In this document: in pieces, positions 28,300 through 35,403 of the stretch
How the letters are laid out: every line of letters begins with the position of its first letter
Position numbering within the stretch: the stretch's first letter is position 1
Origin: Actinomycetota bacterium
GTDB lineage: Bacteria > Actinomycetota > Acidimicrobiia > Spongiisociales > UBA4744
DNA length: 35,403 nucleotides
Assembly (NCBI GenBank): GCA_013152275.1
Contig: JAADGS010000096.1
Span: 1 to 35,403 of the forward strand
Direction: 5' to 3'
Notes under the pieces: generated by a model
The model's input: the letters and a program-made list of their open reading frames with translations, nothing else
What the model was told of the DNA's origin: nothing
The model's database searches: none
Position numbers and translations under genes: made by a program

Positions 28300-30182
28300 G
28301 CGCCAACTCCCAATGCTTCCCTGGCCGCGGCCCGCAGTGCTCGTCCTCGACCGGTGAGGACGAACCGGCGTCCTGCGACGGCTCTGAGCGCCTCCTCGCA
28401 CCTCGGACTCGCACACTCCCCGAGATGCCGAATGACTTCTTCCTTCTCCGATGACGAGAGACGGCCCTTCAGCGCTTCGATCAGATAGCCCTCGGCCTCC
28501 TCTCCCGAACGGGCTGCGAGCAGACCGACGGCGGCACGCCGAACCACCTCGTGGTCGTCGTCGAGTGCACCCCCGACATGCTCGATCGCGCCAGGATCGA
28601 TCGCATTCAGGGCCCTCAGGGCCTCGACGCGCACCCGATGGTCTCCGTGCGCAAGCAGCCTGGCCAGTTCGGGCACCGCCTCGGGGTTGCCGGAGGCTCG
28701 AAGAACCATCGCCAGGTTCCTGACGACGAACCATCGATCGTCGTCGAGAGCGGCCAGAACCGGACCCGGATCGTGTTCGGCCACTGCGCCGAGGATGTCC
28801 ATCAGCGCCTTCCTGCGGGAACGATCCTCTTCTTCGGCGAGAAGGCCGAGCACGATACCCACCTTCATCGCTCCAAGCTTCTCGGCCAGGCGCCGTGCGG
28901 CATCTCGGCCTTCGCCCGAGACTTCGTCGACGAGCAACTCGATCACATCGCGGGTGCACGCAAGTTTGAGAGCCTCCTGAACCTCGCTGCTGCGCTCCGG
29001 TGGATACGTCGGCGCGTCGACCACACTGTGGAACCACAGCTCGGCGTGGCGAAAGTGCTGCCGCCGGACACTCGCGATGATCTTGCCCGTGAGCAAACGC
29101 ATCAACCGCCGAAAACGATCACTGCGATCCTCCACGGCGAGCAGGCCGCGAAACGTGTCGAGCGTGTGATAGAAGTGGCGCCGCGGGTCCGGGAACTGAG
29201 GTCGCAACTCGGCGACGGCGGACGGCTCCGAGAGACTCTCCTCCACGGCACCGAGCAGGCGCTCTTGGACACGTGCGGTCACCATCTGCACGGCATTTGC
29301 CGCGCCTTCACCCGTGTCGAACAATGCGAGAAGTTCATCCGGTCGACGGTCCGCCTCATCGGTTGCGATCCGTGCGTAGTCCAGGAGGAGCGCAAAGCCC
29401 GCCGAGTCGAGCTTCGGAGCGATGCGTGCCAGCTCGTGGCCGGCGAACTGGTCGAGAAAGAGACGGTCGATGACGTCGTCGTAGGCGACCAGGAATGGTT
29501 CCAGAACCGCCACCATGAACTGCTCACCCAGGGAGAAGAACGCCTCGACGAACGCCCGGACGACCTGCTCGCAAGCTGCAACATCGGACTCGTCGATCAA
29601 CCGGTAGGTCTCACGGAAACGTGTGTGGAACAGCCCTGCGAGCCGTGCGGGATCCCCCTCGGCCTCCTCAACCAGTGCGGCGGCGAACTCGACCGGATCC
29701 AGTGCGCCGGCCATCGCATCGCGCACCACGTCGTCGCGTTCAAACGTCGGCCCCTCGGCCCTGATGGAAAGCGGGATCTTCGTGACGACGGAAATGCCGC
29801 CGATGCCTTCCCTCATGAGGAGCGCGGGAAGGCCCCCACCTTGTTCGATCGCCTGTTCCTCCAGCGCGAGCACGCCCATGAATGCGGCCAAGTCACGATC
29901 CGACGGAGGCTCGGTCACGCCGACCGACGCTATGTTGTGGACATAGCACCGTTGCGCGAACCGTTCCACGGCATCTCGGGTGACCTGGACCTCCTTGTCG
30001 TCACACAGGAAGAACCCGGGCCCGACATCGAGCCATACGTGCCCGGCCGCCAAGGCAGCGCGAAGTGACTCTCCGATCCGGTGAAACGAGGGCTGCGTCT
30101 CCGGATCCGGGTACAGGTTGTACACGGTCCAGGCGCCCGCGAGTGCCTCGACAACTTCGGCGGCACCCGTCTCGTCATTCAC
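28296..30182 (-). CDS. HEAT-repeat protein
   Basis: C-terminal HEAT/PBS repeats (LDDDRWFVVRN, LAHGDHRVRVEAL, LDDDHEVVRRAAV); N-terminus LYPD-P resembles the LYPTGHP start of the HD-GYP gene. Confidence 0.8.
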   Translation of the reverse strand: MNDETGAAEVVEALAGAWTVYNLYPDPETQPSFHRIGESLRAALAAGHVWLDVGPGFFLCDDKEVQVTRDAVERFAQRCYVHNIASVGVTEPPSDRDLAAFMGVLALEEQAIEQGGGLPALLMREGIGGISVVTKIPLSIRAEGPTFERDDVVRDAMAGALDPVEFAAALVEEAEGDPARLAGLFHTRFRETYRLIDESDVAACEQVVRAFVEAFFSLGEQFMVAVLEPFLVAYDDVIDRLFLDQFAGHELARIAPKLDSAGFALLLDYARIATDEADRRPDELLALFDTGEGAANAVQMVTARVQERLLGAVEESLSEPSAVAELRPQFPDPRRHFYHTLDTFRGLLAVEDRSDRFRRLMRLLTGKIIASVRRQHFRHAELWFHSVVDAPTYPPERSSEVQEALKLACTRDVIELLVDEVSGEGRDAARRLAEKLGAMKVGIVLGLLAEEEDRSRRKALMDILGAVAEHDPGPVLAALDDDRWFVVRNLAMVLRASGNPEAVPELARLLAHGDHRVRVEALRALNAIDPGAIEHVGGALDDDHEVVRRAAVGLLAARSGEEAEGYLIEALKGRLSSSEKEEVIRHLGECASPRCEEALRAVAGRRFVLTGRGRALRAAAREALGVGA

Positions 30183-30184
30183 AT

Positions 30185-30838
30185 CTACCCGCCGATCTGA
30201 ATCAATTCCTCACGTACAGCGTAGAGGACGGCTTCATTTCTCGAATGCAATCCGAGTTTGTCGAGGATATTGCGAACATGGTTCTTGACCGTATTCTCGG
30301 AGATGTACAGCTTCTCGCCGATCTGGCGACTGGTCATGCCCGAGGAAATGAGCTCGAGCACTTCGATTTCACGGCCGGTCAGCTCCGGCTTGCGCGTAGA
30401 GAAGACCTCACGATGTTTGAGCAGGCCGGCGACCGTATCGAACAGTTTCGCCCCCATGCGCGGAGAAACGACGGCACCGCCTTCCCACACGGCACGCATC
30501 GACTCGACGAGCTCCGGAAACGGGGTGTCCTTCACGACGTATCCCCGGGCGCCGGACTTGATGGCGGAGAGCAGATCCTCCTCCGATTCGCTGGACGTGA
30601 GCAGAACGACGTTCGCGCCGCCCGAAGCCTCCCGGATCGGACCGACGACCTCCAGCCCCGACATGCCCGGCATCAGGACATCGAGCACGACCATGTCCGG
30701 CCGAAGTGAACGAGCCATCGTCAAGGCCGTCATCGCATCCTCGGCCTGGCCGACGACATCGAACCCTGCGTTCGTGAGCGCGGCGGAAAGCCCGGTAACG
30801 AACAGCGGAGAGTCGTCGACGACCAGTACGGTGATCAT
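30185..30838 (-). CDS. NarL/LuxR-family response regulator
   Basis: VVDD, VLDVLMP, LTGREIEVL..ISENTVKNHVRNILDKL. Confidence 0.93.
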   Translation of the reverse strand: MITVLVVDDSPLFVTGLSAALTNAGFDVVGQAEDAMTALTMARSLRPDMVVLDVLMPGMSGLEVVGPIREASGGANVVLLTSSESEEDLLSAIKSGARGYVVKDTPFPELVESMRAVWEGGAVVSPRMGAKLFDTVAGLLKHREVFSTRKPELTGREIEVLELISSGMTSRQIGEKLYISENTVKNHVRNILDKLGLHSRNEAVLYAVREELIQIGG

Positions 30839-31377
30839 GCGGGCTCGATCAGTCCATAGGATCCGTCGCGCCGCCGGTAGAGGACGCTCGACGTGTCACT
30901 TTCTGCATTGTGGAAAAAGAAGAACCCGTGGCCAAGCATCTCCATTTGCAGGGCTGCCTCTTCTGGAGTCATCGGTTTCATGACAAACTGCTTCACTCTG
31001 ACGATCAGGGGACCATTCGTCTCTTCTTCGACGTCTGTGGATACCGTATTGAGGCGTTTGTCTCCTCCCTTGCGAGAACGGTCGATGAGGCGTTCCTTCA
31101 ATCGTCGCAACTGGATCCCGAACTTCTCGGTCGCAATGTCCAGTGCCGCCTCCGCCGTCGGGCCTGCCGCCTCGACCCGCACCGTCGAGCCGGCGGCACG
31201 CGAGGTGATCTCCACCCTGAACGGATCCGCCACTCGCCGATTCATCTCCTTGGCGATTTCGAGGTCTGCCGACGCCAGTCCGTTGAAGAACCTGGCCGCC
31301 TTCGAGACTTTGGTGCGGGCAACCTCTGCAAAACGCTCGTCGAACTGGAAATTCTTACCACGAAGTTTGACGTCCAA
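30835..31377 (-). CDS. hpf: Ribosome hibernation promoting factor (long HPF)
   Basis: VKLRGKN..AALDIA..QLRRLKERL, C-terminal KPMTPEEAALQMEMLGHGFF..YRRRDGSYGLI. Confidence 0.92.
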   Translation of the reverse strand: MDVKLRGKNFQFDERFAEVARTKVSKAARFFNGLASADLEIAKEMNRRVADPFRVEITSRAAGSTVRVEAAGPTAEAALDIATEKFGIQLRRLKERLIDRSRKGGDKRLNTVSTDVEEETNGPLIVRVKQFVMKPMTPEEAALQMEMLGHGFFFFHNAESDTSSVLYRRRDGSYGLIEPA

Positions 31378-31458
31378 GACCAGCCTCCTGTCGATGGTCG
31401 GGGTCTCTGCGAAGCGCGGCCGCAGGCGATGCGGCCGGCTGTGCTGCGTGTCGCAGGA

Positions 31459-32022
31459 TCACACCCCCACTCTACCCGCACCGGTGGCCGTAATCGCGCC
31501 GATCACCTGCGAGCCGATCGCTTCGGCGGCCGCCTTCACGGTCTGACCGGTCGTGAGAACATCATCGAGGACCACGACGGGTCGGCCCACACGTTGGCGC
31601 AGTCCGAATCCGACGGGCGAACGCTCGGAGCGAGACTTGCCGGCGTGACGGCGGGTCCACGGCGCCGGTCGCAGTGCGTCGACCACGGGCCGACCGACGA
31701 GGGCCGCATAGGCCTTGGCAAGCTCTCGTGCAGGGTCGATCCCGTACCGCCATGCCCGCAGGGGCACGCGCGGCACCGGAACGATCGCCGCTCCCGGATC
31801 GTCGACCCTGGCCGCCATCGCTTCTGCGAGGGGTGCCGCCGCGGCACGGATCGCCTCGTACTTGAGTCTGCGCACGAGCACCCTGGCGGCTCCACGATGC
31901 GCCAACGCGACGTGCACGACCAACGATCCACCCACCACACGGTCCGCCTCGGGCCGCAGGGATGCACGGCAACGGCCACACAACATCTCTCGGGTCGGGA
32001 GCGAACACACAAGACACACCAT
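31459..32022 (-). CDS. comF: ComF-family phosphoribosyltransferase-like protein
   Basis: N-terminal CxxC..CxxC, LKY, VPVP, VVLDDVLTTGQT; leaderless -10 TAGGGT 6 nt upstream. Confidence 0.85.
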   Translation of the reverse strand: MVCLVCSLPTREMLCGRCRASLRPEADRVVGGSLVVHVALAHRGAARVLVRRLKYEAIRAAAAPLAEAMAARVDDPGAAIVPVPRVPLRAWRYGIDPARELAKAYAALVGRPVVDALRPAPWTRRHAGKSRSERSPVGFGLRQRVGRPVVVLDDVLTTGQTVKAAAEAIGSQVIGAITATGAGRVGV

Positions 32023-32110
32023 GCGTTCACCCTATGGCCCGCCCCTGACGAAAACGCTTTCTGCGCGAGAAATGGTGGCACGACGCCACTCTCTGTGGTT
32101 AGATGGGGGC

Positions 32111-33895
32111 ATGGCGGCTGGGAACGTTCATGAAACTCGGGAGCGGCAGCGTCAGCGAAGGCTGACCCGGCTCGGATTCGGCCTTGCACCGATCGCAGCA
32201 TGGATGTGGTGGCGCATCCTCAATGGTCATCGTCCGTGGCCCACCTTCCCGCACCTGCCGCCCGAAACGGTGTTCTGGCTTCCCGGCATCCTCATCATCC
32301 TGCTCATCGGGATCGCGCTGGTCGCTCCGATGCTCGGCAACCGCCGATCGCCGCACACGACATTCCGGCCCGAACAGATCGAAACCTCCTTCGACGATGT
32401 CAAGGGCCTCGGCAACCTGCTGATCGAGGTCCGCCACACCTTGCGGATCCTGCTCGACCACGAGCGCCTCCGAACGGTCATGGGAGGGACGCCCCGGCGT
32501 GGCGTGCTCTTCGAAGGACCTCCAGGCACCGGCAAGACCTACGCCGCCAAGGCGCTGGCCAAGGAAGCCGGCGTACCGTTCCTCTTCGTCTCGGCCACCG
32601 CGTTCCAGAGCATGTGGTACGGAATGACGGCAAAACGGATCCGTGCCTTCTTCAAGGCGCTGCGGAAGGCCGCCAGAATCGAGGGCGGGGCGATCGGTTT
32701 CATCGAGGAGATCGATGCGATCGGGCTGGCACGTCCCAATGTGACGAAGAGCTCGGCGGTGTCCCTGTCGGTGAACCGGTCCATCGCGACCGACACCGGA
32801 GGGGTCGTCAACGAACTGCTCATCCAGATGCAGAGCTTCGACGAGCCCCTGGCGCGCACCAAGATGGCGAGCTGGTTCAGAGATCGCATCAACCTCTTCC
32901 TTCCCGAACACCTCCATCTGCGGCCGCCGGCGAACCAGTACTCGAACGTGCTGCTGATCGGGGCGACGAACCGGGCGGACTCGCTCGACCCTGCCCTGCT
33001 GAGGCCTGGACGCTTCGACCGCATCTTCCATTTCGACCTGCCCGGGCACACCGGCAGGCGCGAGCTCATCGACTACTTCCTCGACCACAAAGCGCACGTC
33101 CCCGAGCTGGAACTGGAGGCGTCGAGGGACGATCTCGCCTCGGCGACGCTCGGCTACACGCCGGCCTCGCTCGAGCGACTCTTCGACGAGGGCCTCTTGC
33201 TGGCATTGCGGGACGGTCGCGGCGCCCTGGACATGAGAGACCTCCAAAGGGCTCGGATCGAGATCGAACTCGGGCTTCCCGAACCGGTCGACTACCCGAC
33301 CGAGGAGCGGGCTGCGATCGCCACCCACGAGGCCGGACACGCAACGGTCGCATACCTGGTCGGCAAGGGGCGCCGCCTCGAAGTTCTCTCGATCATCAAG
33401 CGCCGGGAAGCACTCGGGTTCCTGACACACCGTCTCACCGAAGAGCGGCGCACCCAACGGGAATCCGAGCTGCGGGCACTGTTACAGATCGCGATGGGCG
33501 GCATGGTCGCCGAGGAGATCTTCTTCGGGGATTCGAGCACCGGGCCTGCCGGGGACCTCGCCTCTGCAACCACGCTTGCCGCCGAGATGGTCGGCTCTCT
33601 CGGGCTCGGAGACTCGCTCGTGTCGTACCGGGCACTCGACGCCGGTCCGCTCGGAGGGAACCTGACGGCCAGGGTCCTGAGCGACTCGCACGGTCGTGAA
33701 CAGATCGAACACCTCCTCGACCAGGCCAAGCAGTCGGTCACGCGGCTCCTGTCCGCCAACCGCCACATCGTCGAGGCGCTTCGCGACGCCCTCATCGAGC
33801 GCAACGAGCTGATCGACCAGGAGATCCTCGACGTGATCGGCTCTGCATCCGGCGACACCGTCATCGACCTGCGCGAAACCCCGCTGAAGCACTAG
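32111..33895 (+). CDS. FtsH-like AAA+ zinc metalloprotease paralogue
   Basis: Two TMs, Walker A GPPGTGKT, FIEEID, SRH ALLRPGRFDR, HEAGH, GPAGDL. Confidence 0.9.
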   Translation: MAAGNVHETRERQRQRRLTRLGFGLAPIAAWMWWRILNGHRPWPTFPHLPPETVFWLPGILIILLIGIALVAPMLGNRRSPHTTFRPEQIETSFDDVKGLGNLLIEVRHTLRILLDHERLRTVMGGTPRRGVLFEGPPGTGKTYAAKALAKEAGVPFLFVSATAFQSMWYGMTAKRIRAFFKALRKAARIEGGAIGFIEEIDAIGLARPNVTKSSAVSLSVNRSIATDTGGVVNELLIQMQSFDEPLARTKMASWFRDRINLFLPEHLHLRPPANQYSNVLLIGATNRADSLDPALLRPGRFDRIFHFDLPGHTGRRELIDYFLDHKAHVPELELEASRDDLASATLGYTPASLERLFDEGLLLALRDGRGALDMRDLQRARIEIELGLPEPVDYPTEERAAIATHEAGHATVAYLVGKGRRLEVLSIIKRREALGFLTHRLTEERRTQRESELRALLQIAMGGMVAEEIFFGDSSTGPAGDLASATTLAAEMVGSLGLGDSLVSYRALDAGPLGGNLTARVLSDSHGREQIEHLLDQAKQSVTRLLSANRHIVEALRDALIERNELIDQEILDVIGSASGDTVIDLRETPLKH

Positions 33896-34168
33896 GGACA
33901 CGCCCGGTCTCGGATATCCGGTACCGCCGCGAGCAGCTTCGAGGTGACGGTGAGCCGACCGACTACGAGATCTACGACGCCGGGTGGGCTGACACCTCGA
34001 GCGCGGATCCTTCGGATCCGCGGAACCCCTCGAATCCGGAGGACGGTAATCGCTACACCAAGGACGTGGCGAGGTGCGCCGCAGGCATCAGCGACGGAAG
34101 CGAGCCTCGTCGGCCATCGTGGCCGGCAAGGCGTTGCTCGCCGCCGCTGCACCCCTCACTCCGTCGAC

Positions 34169-35403
34169 ATGACCGGCACCGGCGGTCACAGTCCTTCGCC
34201 GATCGCTAGCCTCGATCCGGTGACCCGCCCACGGCACCGCAGACCCCGCTCCGCACTGTTGCACGCCCTGCGCAACCCCGACCGCTCCCACGGGCATCGC
34301 CGGGCGCGCCGCCTCTCCGCAGCGGTCCTCGCCTACCTCGCGGTCGCCTATATCCTCTCCGCCAGAGGGCTTCCCGCATTGCTGCGGACGGCGCCCGGAC
34401 TCGACTACTACGTCGCCCAACCGGTCCTCTGGACGGGTCTCGCCGTACTCGCCTACTACGGTTGGCGCCGGCTCCCCCGGCGGCCCCCCTTCCACTGGAC
34501 CATCGTCCGTGCCGGCCTGCTCGTCGGAATCTTCCACGTCTCCGTACTGCTCATCGCCGGTGTGCTGATCGGATTCGGTCGCTCGGCCTCTCTGGGCAGG
34601 CTGATCGACTATCCACTGAACGTCCTCTATCTGGGGACGATGCTGGTCGGGCTCGAGATGGCGCGCGCCTACCTCTTCCGTGTCTGGGCGCCGTTCGTCG
34701 AGCGCACCCGGCTCATGCGGGGAGGAGCGCGATCCGCGTTCCGGATGCAGGCACTCGAGAACGGTGCTTTTGTCACGGTCACGGTGATCTTCTTCGTCGC
34801 CGCCACCCCGCTCGGCCAGTTCACGGGGCTCGCCGACCCGGCCCGCCTGTTTCAGACCGGTGCCGGGCTGCTGGTTCCGGCGCTCGTCCTGAGCGGCGTC
34901 GCCACGTGGATGGCCAGTGTCGGAGGACCAGGACCGTCGATCGCCTATCGCGGCACCCTCATCGCGTTCGTGTGGTTCTCCCCGATCCTGCCCGACCTCC
35001 CCTGGGTATGGCTGCTACTCATCGGCGTCATCACGCCGATCGTTGCGATGACACTCTTCCGCTCCCTGGCGGCAGACGCCCTCGAGGAGCCCCAACGCCA
35101 CTTCGAACAGGCGAGAACGGTCCAGAAGGCCTGGCCCGGGTGGGTGGCGACCATCGCCGTCGCCGCGGCCGCCGTGGCGTTGTTCACCGGCGTGCTCGGG
35201 GTCCGACCGCTGGTCGTGGCCGGGACCAGCATGGAACCGGCCCTCATCCGAGGCGACGTCGTCATCGTGCGCGAACCCGTCGATGTCGCCGGTCTCGCGA
35301 TCGGCGACATCGTGATGTACCGGCAAGGAACGATGCCGGTGACCCACCGCATCGTACGCATCGAGGACACACCCGGCGGCCTGATGATCACGACCCGTGG
35401 AGA
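34169..35403 (+). CDS. SipW/archaeal-type (S26B) signal peptidase I with multi-pass N-terminal domain; partial, runs off the window
   Basis: Own translation (absent from the ORF track): open frame from ATG 34169 (alternative GTG 34220), many TMs, then VVAGTSMEPAL..GDVVIV..GDIVMY..VTHRIV..TTRG. Confidence 0.85.
   Translation, partial: MTGTGGHSPSPIASLDPVTRPRHRRPRSALLHALRNPDRSHGHRRARRLSAAVLAYLAVAYILSARGLPALLRTAPGLDYYVAQPVLWTGLAVLAYYGWRRLPRRPPFHWTIVRAGLLVGIFHVSVLLIAGVLIGFGRSASLGRLIDYPLNVLYLGTMLVGLEMARAYLFRVWAPFVERTRLMRGGARSAFRMQALENGAFVTVTVIFFVAATPLGQFTGLADPARLFQTGAGLLVPALVLSGVATWMASVGGPGPSIAYRGTLIAFVWFSPILPDLPWVWLLLIGVITPIVAMTLFRSLAADALEEPQRHFEQARTVQKAWPGWVATIAVAAAAVALFTGVLGVRPLVVAGTSMEPALIRGDVVIVREPVDVAGLAIGDIVMYRQGTMPVTHRIVRIEDTPGGLMITTRG

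Noticed and set aside
23659..33699. Long antisense or alternate-frame ORFs (e.g. 23659-25056+, 25135-26397+, 28551-30068+, 32099-33457-, 32200-33699+), plus similar ones over the nad and kinase genes
   Set aside because: Shadow ORFs of high-GC coding regions that overlap well-supported genes
33896..34168. Hairpin CGCGGATCC-ttc-GGATCCGCG (34002-34022) and coding-like stretch; possible riboswitch
   Set aside because: No U-tract, no recognisable riboswitch consensus and no identifiable ORF

Overview
GC-rich bacterial window, most likely an Acidimicrobiia-like actinobacterial scaffold (inferred from gene order and leaderless promoters), with two short N-gaps (11930-11940, 14597-14599). Left to right it holds five blocks. 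(1) A minus-strand copper/thiol-redox cluster: OmpR-family regulator, sensor kinase, SHOCT protein, cupredoxin, glutaredoxin, CcdA and redoxin, with a CopR-like direct repeat. (2) A NadQ/NrtR-type regulator followed by a palindromic operator and nadA-nadB-nadC. (3) A ~9 kb accessory region (9.1-18.1 kb) running up to the 3' end of the tmRNA gene. It contains lipoproteins, secreted proteins, an orphaned antitoxin and gene remnants, punctuated by related non-coding junction sequences and duplicated gene tails; no integrase is present. (4) A housekeeping block: ssrA, TlpA-like protein, smpB, M23 peptidase, ftsX, ftsE, prfB with a +1 programmed frameshift, secA, HD-GYP and HEAT-repeat genes, NarL regulator, hpf, comF. 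(5) An FtsH-like paralogue and a SipW-type signal peptidase with a large membrane N-terminus that runs off the window. The best candidate for an undescribed system is the tmRNA-anchored, integrase-less cassette-like array at 11.07-18.12 kb; its repeats are seen directly, but its mechanism is inference.
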